64,000 nt of DNA from NCBI RefSeq assembly GCF_000143415.4, contig NW_003314262.1, forward strand, positions 819,431-883,430, given 5' to 3'. The position numbers were made by a program, and so were the translations under genes. This stretch comes from Selaginella moellendorffii. Lineage: Eukaryota; Plantae; Lycopodiophyta. This document shows positions 49,501 through 63,599 of the stretch, piece after piece; the first letter of the stretch is position 1, and the number at the start of each line of letters is the position of its first letter. Under the pieces are notes generated by a model. It saw only the letters and a program-made list of their open reading frames with translations. It did not search any database and had not been told where the DNA came from.

Positions 49501-52214
49501 CAAACAGCTTCTCTTCTTTGGGCTTTCGGATAACTATGTTCAAGATGTTGTCAATCCCAGCAGGAAATTTATTGTCCTTCCCAGCTGGTTTGGTGACCGG
49601 AATAACATTATCCGCTTTCATTTTAATTTCTTTTTTTACTATACGGTCATACAGTCCTCCCATAAACTCTTCAAGAAGATCCTTTCCATCGTCAATTCCT
49701 CTGTTATTTTTTATAAATGCAGCTTTAGACATCTGTAATAGCCCATGAGTGAGATCTTGGAAGGAAGTGGAGGCATTTGTTCACCTTATCTTTCACCATC
49801 ACGTTGTGCGCATCAGTGTTAAGCATAATTACAGAATATGCGAGGACATAAGCAGTGTCGGCACTCGTGAAAGCTTTGGGATTACAGATGCAATATCGCT
49901 CCGCAAATTTTTCCATTATCCTGTCAATCTTCTGAGCCTCTCCAGGGAGTCTGAATCCCATCAAGAATGTTCGTATCGACTCGTCAAACTCCATATTATG
50001 AAAGTTGAAGGAGTCAACATACGCATGCATGACTTTTAACGAAAACTCCTCTTTTTCACCCAGGTAATCCCCGATCATGCCCTTGTTGAGACCTGTGGTA
50101 CTCAGGAGGAACTTGGCAACCTCTTCAGGAATTTTCTCCACTTTCTTGGCTTTTACAAGGAAATCAATACCCTTGTGAGGCTTCTGGTTGAATACTTTGA
50201 TTCCTTCCTGCATAGTGTAAGGAGCTTGTAATTGAATGCCCAGTCCTTCATGCATCCCTGGTGTATAAGGTGGAAAGTTACAGAAGAAATTCACAGCGCT
50301 GGCGCTTATTTACAATGAAGCGGGGATAGAGATTACCTGAAGCTCAAGCTTGTGAACACGTCTTTGCTCAAAAGTAACTGCACTTTCAGTTGATGCTTGA
50401 TCTGTTTCTAATGGTTCAGCGATCTCATCCCCGACTTCTGTAGCACTAGCTCCTGCTGTGGACACGCTTGCAGCGTCCAGTTTGCCGGTTTCCACATCTG
50501 AGCTGTTGAAGTACGGAGAGTTCGAGGCACCAAGTTGCTTCTCCATCCAATCTCCCATCGCCTTTAATATTCCTGTCAAACACTTCATGGCAGTAAGCTT
50601 CAATGTTGCATCTTGAGCAGCTGTTAATCCTGTATCTGCACTGGCTGGTGCTCCTTGAGCACTTTTGAGTAAGCCATTCACAACCCTATAGAAAAAATTA
50701 CTTTAACAAACTGCACTAAGTGGAACATAAAGCTTGCCTTTCAAAGAGATTCGTGGACTCCACATCACAGTCGTAGTTCACGAACATATCAGGAAGTACC
50801 TGTGGATCTGCTGATAGTTTTTCAATGAAACATAAGACAGTCATCTTCTGTTGGTAATTTGGCTGAATAACATTTTCAATGACTCTCAAAACGATCATTG
50901 GAAAAAACACACCGATTTCCGTTTTCAAAGAGGCCCTGAACTTTGCTATAAGGCTCAAGAAAATAGAGCAAGACATCTGAAAAACAGATAATATGTCAGA
51001 TACGGCACAGTTTTGCATGAGCGACAAGCACAGGTACTGCTTGATTGCATCTAAAAACCTGCAGAACTCAATTTGGTAAGAGTAAAACAATAAAAAAAAT
51101 AGATGAGAGCGTACTTCGGATTGAAACAAAAAGATGTGCCAGCATTTTCAAGGACAAGTTTCAAGAGCTCCAAAGCCAGCACTTTTGAGCGTATAGCTAA
51201 GGGGTCTGGTGTCCCTTCTTGTTGAGGCTTTTTCATCGACAGGCGGCAAAGAGCTCTGAAGACCAAGAAGGCGTCCCTCTTAAACTTGTTGCCAATCTCC
51301 ACGTCCAGTTCCATGTCCTTCATATCTTTGTCGACTTGCTCCCATGGTTTGGCATCTACGGCGTCCTTGTCACTTGACTCAAGCATGTCCATGGTGTTAC
51401 TGCTTTCAGCTCCTGTGGCAGCAGAGAAAGCATCGTCGTGCTGAACAAGCTTGGGACCAACGTGAAGGACCACGTCAAAATCCAAGGCCACCTTTGTAAG
51501 GAAATTTTGGACGAAGGTGTCGGAAGTGGTCCTCTCGGCTTCGAGCAAATCAGTCAATATGACAGGTTGCAAGGGAACCGAAGCTGAGTCGGCCTCCATT
51601 CTTCTAAAAATGACCATGAGGATTTGGGTGAGAGTCGCCTTTGCGGACGTCTGGTTAGCCACCACCTTGCTCCCCAGGAAGATGTTGTAGCAAGTGCTGA
51701 TAGCCCGCAGCAAGTGATCCCCGTGGATGCTAAGTGAGGTGGACACGACCGCTGTGAGCAGCGTCTTTAGAATGGCCAATTCAATTATTTCTTCCCCTAG
51801 ATCATGACACTTGCAAACCGCGTCGAGGATCCTAAGAATGAGGCTGGATTCCGACTGTGAATCGTTGCCTGTACCGATCTCCCCAACCAGATGACCGTGC
51901 ACAATGAGCTTTTGAAAACAATCCAATGCGGGCTCAATAACCTTGGCCGACTGGAGATCGCAGGCCGCGAGGAGTGGTTGCACTAGCAGCTCAGCATCCG
52001 TAGCGCTGATTCGCACGGCACCATCAAAAAGAGGGCTCTCGGCACCGGCACTGGGGATAAACGCCACGAGATTGTCGAGGACGGCCTTACAATCCTGGAC
52101 GAGCTTACCATGCTTGCGCCATGATGCGTTCTTGACTATTCTATCAAGGGCAGCGGTCAGCACCAGGACGAGCGACGACGCTCTGGGTGATCGAGGGGAC
52201 TCCGGCGCGGACAT
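46506..52214 (-). CDS. BIG: Brefeldin A-inhibited ARF guanine-nucleotide exchange factor (BIG family, Sec7); multi-exon
   Basis: DCB and HUS regions ([17 protein letters not shown]), Sec7 motif [35 protein letters not shown] regions. Confidence 0.96.
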
Positions 52215-52341
52215 TGGCAGGAACCCTAGAGACTTGGTGCGGTGGGTGTCTAAAATTCAAATATTTTAGTATGACACCTCATCAACTTGATATATTGGTA
52301 ATTTGTCATTAGTTTGTTTTGCGCCTCCTCAGACAGACCGC

Positions 52342-55300
52342 TCACTTCTTGCCCTTCTTTGGTCCCTTGGATTCAGCTACTTCTTCCACAGTTTCTGGGG
52401 GCTTTTGGGTAATGCCCTGGCCTTCCATTACCAAACTGCAGCCCCGGCCATCTGCAACCTCTATTCGAAACACTTGCCTATAAAGTTTAGCTTCCATAGG
52501 TACAAAGGTAACAGTCACGACGTGCCTTACAGCTTCTTCAGTTCCTCTGCCAGGAAGCAAACCGCCTTGAATGTCCACATGAAATGGATCTTTGACAAAT
52601 GGTTCCGCAGGAGGTTCCTCCACAAGTGGTAGCACGAGGGCAGGCTCCGGTGACATTGGCTTCCTATTATCTGATTTCTTTTTCAAACCCGACTGCACAA
52701 TGAACAAAAACAGTTCAGCTCAGTAAGGAGAAACCCATACCGTAGGAACCTCCTCCACTAGCTCTTCTTGAAGGCCCTCCTTTACTAAACGCCATTGACT
52801 GTCAAAGTAGCTTGCATTGGTCACGCTAAAGACAAGTGTCTGAGATGCGTTTATGACCACTGAACCAAACCAGATGCATTCTGAAAGTACTTTAACGGCA
52901 GGAAAAAACACTTTTGCTTGAACGGGTACAACCTAAGGAAAGAGAGAGAACAAAAAATATTTTTCACACCTAAAAAAATAATCGCCAATTTACCTGTGTA
53001 TACTCTTCAAAGAACTTTAAAAGAATATCCTTCTCAAACCTTAGGTCTTTATGCTCACTAAGTATTTCCGGTTCGGGACAAAAGTTAATAGTTAGACGAA
53101 TACTCCATTCGGAAGGCAGTACAACACATGAAAGCCCAAGAGGATCTGTTGCCTGTAGAGTATTGTCCTCATTTTCTGAAGACAAAAGGCCACTTTCAAC
53201 CTTAATAACGTAAAACGGTGGGTCCAAGGCTACCGAGAAGGTGAGACTGTGATTATAAACATTTTGCAAAACCACCACCTTGGTGTAACATTTATCTGAT
53301 GATGGAACGGCTCCACAGCAGAAATATTCCACAGGATCATCGATGCTGGGTTTTAGCCTGTAATAAGGGGTAATTTCAAACCCGGAAACATCCCAGAGAT
53401 CTGGAAGTACCTGGGCTCAAATACAATGGCCTCTAGGCAGACACGTAATGGAGCAAAAAACTCTTGCAAGGGATCAAATACAATTGGGCCATCATCTAAA
53501 ATGGCAGTCACTTGTTGTTGTATTCTTGCACTTTCATTGAGCATAATTGACGATCTTTTCAGTGAAGACCTTTTCTCTGGTCCCAGTAAGCTTTGTCCAG
53601 TCAGTTGCAATGAAGATCTTTTCAAAGAAGACCGCCTTTCTGCTCGTAAATCCTGAAGTAAACCTTGTTGCGCTGTCTTTGGAGGCTTTCTTGTCTGTTC
53701 ACTTGACTCGGATAGAGCATGAAGAGACGTTCTAACTGGTTCGTTCAAACTTCCCATCGATGACGTAATCCTAACTAGCTCATTTGTTAACATCGGTTTC
53801 TTGGTTTGTGAATCCGAAAATGTTACCGTTGAAGATTTTCGTCGTACAGTATCCGTCTCTATAATCTGAGTTTTCTCAAGAAAAGTGACTCGTCTAGACG
53901 GCCGTTTACCATAAGCACCTGTATGTTCGTCTGGATAGGACGCAAATTGTGTCTTCCCTGCTAGGATACAGGTAAAGTGTGCAGCTTGCATGGTATCGAA
54001 CGTTACCTCAAAGCTAACGTTTCCGTGAGCAAGAATGACCTGGAAAGAACTATTAGGCATGAAAATTTGACTATAAAGTATTATATACCTGTTTCATTGG
54101 ACAAACAGTAAATGGATGATCTTCCTTGGGATGTAAAAAAATCTCTTTTGTATGAAATTTTACCCGTTCTCTATCTATTATGTCTAGACGTAGTTGCACT
54201 GGGCCAAATTCGGGATTTCCCAGTAAACTCACACGCACCCAGGACTCATCGGCATGAACCAAGTGGATTGTCGCTAATCGACTGGGTTCAGGCACCATCA
54301 TCATCCACATGACTTCCAAAGGGTATGGAGATACGTTAGCCACCCAAAACCTTTTGGTGCGTCTAGGATTTCCCACGGACACCGGTGGCCATCTTAAAAC
54401 AAGACTTGAATTGATTTTAGGATGTTGATAGCCTCTTGGTTCGAGGTGTTGAGGCCTTGCAAACAAAGGCGTGCCCGTCACTCCAATTGAAATTGGAATT
54501 TCAGCTGGTGGAAGTCCTCCCACCTACGCAAATACCGTAAAGAATTAGATTTATATAGCTCCAGAAACTTACTGAGCATGTTAGAATGTCTGAGTAGAAG
54601 CCTGGCAAGCAGCTAAACGCAAAAATGTCACAGAACCACTGCCCTTGGCTTTCCAAAAGGCCTTCGCAACCCGGGTAGACAAGTAGAGATAATGCTTCAC
54701 CGTTCCTGATAAGAATATTGTGCATCTCAACTTCCAGCCTGCGAGAAACCATCAAATGCCCAAAAACGGACCAGTACTTCTGGTGAACTTCATCGGGAAA
54801 GTCTAATATTGGGGGAACTTTCCGATTTTTAAGTTTCAAAACGGATTTAGAGTCTGTTGCCTGTGGTAATGTAAGCTGCCTTCCAGTAAGACCAGAAAGT
54901 ACGACATAGTCGTCTTTTGCAAGGGGGGGAGGGTAGCCACTTCCGTATTTGTTTACACCAACGTGTATCTTGCTAAAAATATCAGTGTGGTTTTGAACAA
55001 CTAGCCTTAGCCAGTAAACGCATCCAAGTTGACATGTATTACCAAAATCCAGTGAACAAGGATTGGTAGTGTCTATTAACAATTTTGATAAGGCCTTGAT
55101 ATTTGAACGTGGGTCTGCTTTGTTGTCTAGTTCACTTGGCCATACAACGTGGTAGCTGCATCGAAAATCAGAAATGTAAGTCCGAAATATTACACCAATA
55201 GGCACGTCCGCTCCCAGGATGTCACACGTCAAAATTAGCTCCTTCTCACCGATCTCTAGTGGAGTCATGCGAAAAAAAATTTGTTGAGAACCGTATGGGG

Positions 55301-58150
55301 CAAGTTCTCCATCTCTGGGCGTGATGTCGATCTTTATTGAAGAAGAGTCTCCAATATTTATGTCACAAATGGGCCACCTATAGTAGGTTGTCAAACCGGT
55401 AAGATTGTGTAATGTAGCCGTTCTTGAGATTTTTTTGTAGAGAAATGTTATACCAAGATCAAATCTGCAAGGGTCAAAGTACGCCTTTGGGGAATCCACA
55501 AATGCTCTCACTAGAGCATATTGCGTGGGAGAGAGACCGTCAACCACTTGACAAACAATTGCATAACCCTTTTGCCCACAGGCCTTTGCGTGCAGGTCGA
55601 CCTTTACATTTGTTGTTCCCCTCGCGAGTACAGTACCACTGTCTGGCCTAAAAAAGAGTTCATCTTTACAATTGCTCATTGCCTGTGACAATTGCTCATT
55701 AATATCAGAGCCTTCGCACACTGCAAGAAGTTTGAATGATGCTTCTACAATGCTCCTGTTGGTGAGCGTTAGCTGTGTAGAAGCAGTCGTTCCTACCTAG
55801 ACAGTGAACTTCAATACCACATGAAAAGAAACTTTAATATTTAGCTGTACCTGAACCAGTCCAAAGTCCAGCATAGGCTGAAGGATAGAAACACGTGGTC
55901 CTTGCACACAGCCTTCTATTAGCAAAGGTAGCTGCAAATAGCCAGTATCCATAAAACTACATGTCACAGCCTCTTGTATAGGTCCAATTTTTGTAGCTCT
56001 TAGAGTAACGCTCACAGTGGTGCTTCCCAGAGCTACTATTTTACCAGTAATGGGAAGAAATGAAACAAAATTAAGTTCCTTGGCGATGCCCCACGGAGTT
56101 TCTGAGACTTGCCACGAGAAGGTGATATCGGCAAGAGTGTTGTTTCTTAGATGTATCTCTCGTGTGTATGTTTTACCTTGAACAAGCATTTCTGAGAATA
56201 GCAGCAAGGGAGGATAAATTTCAATATCGAAAGGATCTCCCACTCCAATCAACTCAATATCAAGGGCCTTCATGATATATCCGTTGTTGTCTACGTCCTT
56301 GGTTGAAAAACCTTGATCACATACTAAAGCTACCTCCGGAGACACAGCACCTGAGACTTCGTCCCCATGTTTTGATGCTATAACTTCTTGGGCTAATTTA
56401 TCTGCATTGGCCAGATTGCTTTGAAACTGCTCCCAGGAGTCGGCACGAAAAGAAAAGGCGTGGCGCGTGTCCACGTAGAAAACTGCACGCTGTCTATAGA
56501 CCTCGATTTCTGCCGGACAAAAAGTAAAATCAAATGTTCCATTTGACTCTGCTTCCAGCACCCCACAGCTAGGCTGCACGACGAATGCCGGGTGTTGTGC
56601 GGACTCAATCTTCCAGTAGAACCGAAGAGCAGTCAAGGTGTGGTTTCTTACTGTCAGTTTTTTCTTTGCATTGCGACTGGACATGGTTGCATTTCCGAAC
56701 CACAATCCAGACTCAGCTTCTTTCTCTCTAAGAGCGTGCCCATCTAATTCCAATAAGTCGACTTTCAACTTTGTCCCGCAGCCCTCAAGTAGCACCCGCC
56801 ATTGATGACCAAACTCTGACGAAATATGTATTATACGCGAAAATTTTCCTTCAGAAACAGGTCTAAATATGACGATTACGTCAGCTGAATCATTGATCGA
56901 GAGATTAAAACTCTTCGGGTGAACAAGAAACGGAACAGCATAAAGAACATTCTGGCATGAATAAAGAGATTGGAAAAAGTTTAATCTTTTCAAATCGCTC
57001 TCTGCCTCAAAAGAAAGATGAAACTTTGTAGCAACATCTAAGCTGGAAACTGGAAAAGAAACAGCTGTAGCATGATTGAGAAGACAGTGGCCTAGATCAA
57101 GGACGGTTGGAACAAATATTGTTGGTAGTGGTTTGGTTCCTATAAACATGACTTGGCAGCTGTCCATCTCCGAAGAAAGGAAGAGTGCATCTGAATTGTC
57201 GTTCAGTGACGTGGGCCTAAACGTCACCTTTAAAAAAACGTGCCTCCCTGGTGCTATTACTTTCCCTTGAAGGTCTTCCCCCTGGACCTGAAACGTTTTG
57301 CTTGATGGTAACAGAACCCTGACAAGGCGTAATTAGTTCCGGATTGGTGTTCTTTCTGATACCTCAGGCGCTGGCTCCAAGTGCTAACGTTCAAAATTTG
57401 GATCGTGCTCGTGTATGATCGTCCTACCTCTGCAGTTCGTGTAACGTCTCAGGCATGAGCCTTCACATGTCCTGTTTCACTAGAATTTTGCTTCCTATAC
57501 GTAATTTTAGTGTATAGAGAGCTTACCAAAACGTTCAAAAACAAGCGTTGGTGGATCCAAAGGAATTAATTCTGTGATTTGACCATCCGTTTCTTTAACT
57601 TCTGTAATTGTTAATGCCTAAAAGAAAAATGGATTGAGAATTCCTGCTAACCTCATGAAATTCTTACTTTAACTGCTCTGGGAAGTCGGCAATATCTAGG
57701 ATTGTTAAGATATTCGACCTTGTCTTTTAAATGGTAGGCAAGAAGTTGTGCCTATGGCATAGAAAACGTTAACAAGGATTTTCTTCTCCGTATGTTTACT
57801 AGTTTTATATCAGCGTCATCGGATTTCGACATCCAAGCACGTTTTTCGGCTTCGCTCAATCCCTTCCAGTCACCATTTAATATCGTGCCGCCTAGACGTT
57901 TTCGTGGACGTGGGGCATGATCGTGTGTGACCTTCAGGCTTATTTTCCATTGAGGGCGATCGAAGTCCTTAATTACAACAAACTGAAACGAGTGAGCCTT
58001 AAAATAGAGCCCCTTACCAGCACCATTTTCTTAAAGAGCTTTTTCTTTCTCGCCACTTCGCTTTGTGCGTTTTTCCCATCTGCATTTGAGACCGAAGCAT
58101 CCCCTTGGCTTTCGGCTTCATCTCCCTCCATTGAATTTTGTATGCCCTAA
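52342..58150 (-). CDS. DLEC1: DLEC1/CFAP81-like ciliary ASH/Ig-repeat protein; multi-exon; the 5' end may extend to about 58400
   Basis: Repeated Hydin/ASH-type modules (LDFGLV, FVVQPSCGVL, LTVRN); GLPPAEIPISIGVTGTPL and LNNPRY segments resemble DLEC1; C-terminal KKGKK. Confidence 0.75.
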
Positions 58151-58499
58151 TGAGTCTGACGGTTTGTGGCTAAGATTACAATTGCCGAGTATAACAAAAT
58201 TTTATATGCCAACTTCTCTGTTTAGATACCTGTGAGTACCGTTTGACTCCCAAAAGATAACTAAATAGAACTAAACATCCCATCAAACACTTGAACACTA
58301 AAGCCACCAATTGCCAGCATTCTAGCCTCTCCCAGTCTCTTTACGTCTTGTAGAGTCCAATGTCTTCTCGTGATAGGCCCCTAAATTTATCAGCAAAACT
58401 GTAAACTGAAAAAATCTAAAATAGCAAAATCACATATAAGGTGGTCTAGCTTAGAAAAGAGAATAAAAAAAAGGTCTTAAAGAGTTTTCCTCCAAAGGT

Positions 58500-60900
58500 T
58501 TTGTTTAGAATGATCCAAAATTTTCCCATTTGATGCTTAGTAGGAAACTCCCCAAACTCTATGAACCATCTTGTGAACTTGTCTAGTGTCCTATTCTCTA
58601 TATGTTGAAGCTTACATAAGAAGCATAAATAAAGTCATAGTGCCTCCACTCAAAGCATAAGGTAACTTTTACTCATACATGGATCTGCAATTTAAAGACT
58701 AGCTCTGATAGGCTGCCCTCTTGCATGAAAGTGCCCCTGAAAGCTTTGTGGACCTGTAATGCATATCATTGCTCAAAAACCATTTCAATGCCACAAAACT
58801 CTCTTTCCACTCAGATGGCACATTATTACATGATAATTATGTGAAACATCCACTATAGATCAGAATAAACTTTGTTACTTATCTTCCACTCATGACTCAC
58901 TATGCTAGTCCATAAAACCTTAGCTAGGTTCTGAACTTTCCCTATTGCCCCCCCTTCAACCATGTTTAACACTCTATTTAAGATGCTAGTGATAGGATTT
59001 CAAGGGCAAAACAGGTTCTTCGGAGTCAATTCCCATCTAATATATTACCTAAAACATTCCCACACCAACAAGATTAACACCACCTTGTGTGAGATTAACA
59101 CTAGGAGAAGGCCACCACTCCTCAAGTATATATTTTTTTAAACTCACTAAATTGGAACTAAAGATAAAAGCATTTGAAAACACAAATTAGAAGATTAGCT
59201 ACTCACAGGAAGCCATTGCCTCAGTATTCTCTCTCAAGCAAAAGAGAATGTCATGCTGTAGTTTGGGAAAATAATGAGTTAAGTTGTTCCATGATGGTGA
59301 TCTGAGCTACAGTTGGAAGAGAGAGCCACACTGCTCTGATAAAAGAGATACCCTCAGAAAGGCATCATTTTGGCAACTTGCACCTAACTCATAAGAGCTG
59401 CACTTTTCTAGTTATAGTTAATTGTACCCGACCTAAGATCAAAATCCTCACTTCTCTGCTGCAAGAACAATGTAAACTTAAACAAAAAAATAAACTGGTA
59501 GTGGTGGATGCTTGGCAGAAGATTGAATCCAGTGGTTCATTTGAATCATCCGATCATTGGCATGTGGCGATAATTGTTTATCCAGTTGATGGATGGCTCC
59601 TTGAAATTCTGCTACTTCCCCATGTCCCACTTGTGTCACAGCTAGGAGCTACCAGAAAACTCAGCATTAACTTTTGTTAGATTGTGCTCTGTAATAAAAT
59701 AAAAAGGGAAAACAAAGCAGGGTCAAAAACTAATTATAACCAAATGATTGACATAACAAAAAAAATCATGGCCAACACCCTTATCCTATTGCAAATCATT
59801 GCTTTGCTCACAATGCCCACACTAACCCTAGCTCCTCTATAGAACACATATCCTTTGTGTAGCCACTGGATCAATATTAATTATAGAACTTCTTGGGTGA
59901 TGAACATCCTCAAAATCATATATATGAAGCTTTGGAGCCCAATAAATAATGCAACCAACTAAGTTTTTCCACTTCCATAATGAAGTAACCACAATATAAT
60001 CACTTTTTAGTAATGGCTGAGAAGTATGCAAATATGCATAAAACTTCTTAAAACCCCAAATTTCTGCTAAACACTCATTCTCTATTATGGAGTAATTCAC
60101 CTTTACTAGTTGTAATATATATTTGATGTATGTAATGGGATAACATTAATAGGCACACTCATGCTCTCTTGTATCAAATACATCTTCGAAACTGATAATA
60201 GAAGTATCTATGCTCAAAATGAAAGATCAAGTGTAGTCAGGATATGCTAAAATTGGAAGAGTTATCAACAAGTTTGTGAGACGCATAAATACCCACTTAT
60301 AGTTCTCAGACCAGATGGAAAATGATGATGATTTTATTAATGCTCTCAATAGTGTAGTATGATAAAAAAGATAATCAATGAAATAACAAAGATATCGCAC
60401 TTTGTTTAGAAAGTGCTACACATCATTTGCCTTGGTTCCTTTAGTGAGTTATCTTCTCATGAACACTGGGTTTAAGCAAAAGTCTTTGGCCTTACATTGC
60501 CTTACCTTTAAATCCTGGGCCTCCATCCTAAATTGTTCTCCTCGAGCATTTGCCAATACCACAAAGTTCCTACTTTGTCTATGCAAGACTACTAGAAATC
60601 GATTAAATCAATCCATCCTGAAAATCATGTCAAATCCCATCATGTCTAACATGGTGAAATCCATGTCCATTTTTTATGTGTTTACTTCTACTCTTGCTTG
60701 TCAAAGTGCTTCATTGATGCTTTAGTTACCTTGAATAAACTTTATAGTCCTTGGTTCACCCAACTGCGGGATTATTAGTCTGGCTTGCCAGACTATATTT
60801 ACAACCACAAAACTATCTGAAACACTTGTGTTAATAAGGATCTTAACAAAGTTACTTCTAATCTTCCCTCAGAAGGCTAGTAGATATTGTAGTTAATGAG
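58500..60900 (-). pseudogene. Highly degenerate gypsy pol fragments (RNase H at about 58500-58960 and 59837-60400; protease/linker at 60420-60900)
   Basis: NYSIIENECLAEIWGFKKFYAYL; 60420-60790 is homologous to the reverse complement of 8512-8815. Confidence 0.6.
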
Positions 60901-61177
60901 TTACTTTTAGCTAGGGTTTATCTCATGTACCTCAGTTTGGACTTCACCAAACTTAATGGCCATATTGACTCTAGCCTTGTTCGGGGATTCACTCTTAAAG
61001 AAACTCTTCTTGAATTTCCTTTTGCCATATGTCCTTTTTACTTTAGCTCATTTTCTAAATGTGGATCCCAACCCTTTTGTGTTCCTTTTTCATAGGTTAT
61101 CATTGAAATGCACCTTAATAGTTGCTTGCAATGCTTCGTTGGGTTTCAATGCATCACCTCGCCTTAAGCCCAACTTT

Positions 61178-62900
61178 GAGGGTGAAAGCCTAAAGCATTC
61201 GTTTCCTAGACACTGGAGGGTTTGGTGAGCTCCAAAAGTATAATAAGGGGAGGACTCTAGTGGAGCGAGTTTAGCCAGGAAAGGCTAGTGTGACCAAGGA
61301 AGGCTATACCAATATGTTGGGTGGTGATATAACCATTAAGGAGTCTAAAGCTAAAGTGAATATGGATAAACAAATGGGGTAATTTGCTGAAGTGTTCAAG
61401 AGCCAGTTCTAGCTCCCTCTAGGGATTGGATGGTCGATGCTCCCAATCCAAGTGCGGGTGGCACTACTTACTTGGATACCTAGTGTGGTTCATCAGGACC
61501 TCACTCTATCCATATGGGTAGGGCACCAAAAAGTAGAAGGTGGGGAGAGTACCCATGAAGCTCGTGTAAGGCCATAGTATTTTGAAATGTTGTCATAGAG
61601 TCCCAGATTGAGGAAAGGAAGAGCAATAGTTCTCTTGTGTGGTGACTAAGAATGCGGTCATGTGGGAAGGAAATCCCAAAGATCAATAGGATGTAGTGGT
61701 TGAGCCTTTAAGCCTTGACTTAGTGGCAATGTTGGTGAACATGGTTGTGAATGAAAAAGGACTTGCTAGGGATTGAAAAAGAGATATTTGGGAAGGTTAT
61801 TCCCCTATCTATGGGCATCCTAAGGATGCTAAAGAGTGGATTTAGGATAATCACTCATGGATGGATGGTTTAGTCTTTGAGAGACAGGAGTGTGATGTAG
61901 GTGGTGTTGGATCATCAGTGTGACAAAGGTGAATGGGCATGGCCTTAGTGTAACAGGCTGATATGGCAATGGTACCTTTGGGTGTCAGTCATGGGATTAA
62001 ACACGTGGAGCACTTGGACTAAGTGCAAAAGTTGAGTGGCATAGATGCCATTCTCGGGGCTAGCAAGTCCCCAACTCTGGAATAGAACTTATGGAGGTTA
62101 TGAATGAAAATCCTCCAAGTGGTCAAAGGTGTGGTTAAAGGACTAAAGTAGAATGGAAAACTTTGTCGCTTACAATTTGGTATTATAGTTATTTCTTAGT
62201 CTAACTTTTATTGGTGGTTAAATATATCACCACTTGTCTTGGCATTGAAAGGTTCTAAGAGTGGGCCTATCTTGGAGGAGTAACATGTCGAAAGGGCATG
62301 ACTCTCCACTTTAATTCATAAGTGAATATGTTGGTAATGTGGTGGATAGAAAGGGCCAATTTGTTAACAACTTTAGGATCTTTGGAATAGTATAAGGTTT
62401 TCCTTAAAGAGTTGAGGATGTGATCCAGATGTGAGTTTGACTGAGCAAACTGGCTAATGTGGTTGTGGTAAACAACTATAGTTAGGATCACAAGAAAGAG
62501 AGACTCTAAGACAATAAAAGAGTCACAATATTATCCTCATATAGTTGACTCTAGTGCTCATGAATTTAAGACTAGAATTAATGACCATGGGAGGTTAAAT
62601 ACGGATAAGGACACAAGTTCTTGAAAAGGTAGCTGGGGCTATTTTTAATAAATGTTAGAACAACCCAAGAAATTGAGGATATACTTAGAGGATGAGTCAG
62701 CATTTTCATTATTTGGACGAATAGTCCTAAGGGGCAAAGGTAGCCCATAGGGAACAAAGAATAATCAAATGTCAGAGTAACATTTGCAAAAGATGGTCCT
62801 TATGAGTAGGACATGAATATAAGAAGTTGTATTTTAGTTGGCACCTTAAAAGTAAGACCTTTTAGATCGTCAGATTAGCAAAGTCCAAAAACTAAATTAT
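61178..62900 (+). mobile_element. Old, AT-shifted copy of family A: partial LTR to 62174, degenerate PBS, 5' internal region
   Basis: Aligns to the reverse complement of about 6070-7785 with many transitions. Confidence 0.85.
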
Positions 62901-62934
62901 TCAAGTGGAGTCAAGGTATAGTTTTAAAGGATTG

Positions 62935-63567
62935 TGTGAAACACAAAATCCCTAGGCCCCAAAGTGGAGCCAGAAGGGCGCCACATGGTAGTGGCCGAAG
63001 CGAGAGCCAAACGAGCGTAACACGTTTGGACCAAAAGCTCCGACTTGAAAAGTCAAGAGCAGGAGTGGAACTCCCAACGAAGTGCTCGAGGAACGAGCAC
63101 GAAGCGAGCAAAAGGCAAGGCTCCAAAAAGGGACCCAAAAGTGGGAGTGTCCGAGATGGACTCGAGATGGAGTCCGAGATGGAGTCCGAGATGGACCCGA
63201 GATGGAGTCCGAGATGGAGTCCGAGATGAAGTCCGAGGTGGACCCGAGATGGACCCGAGTTGGAGTCCAAAGTGGAGTCCGAGATGGACCCGAGATGGAG
63301 TCCGAGATGGAGTCCGAGATGGAGTCCGAGGTGGACCCGAGATGGACCCGAAATGGAGTCCGAGATGGACCCGAGATGGAGTCCGAGATGGAGTCCGAGA
63401 TGGAGTCCGAGGTGGACCCGAGATGGACCCAAAATGGAGTCCGAGATGGAGTCCGAGATGGACCCGAGATGGAGTCCGAGATGGAGTCCAAGATGGACCC
63501 GAGATGGACCCGAGATGGAGTCCGAGATGGAGTCCGAGATGGAGTCCGAAGTCAAGACCGAGACCGG

Positions 63568-63599
<32 letters not shown>

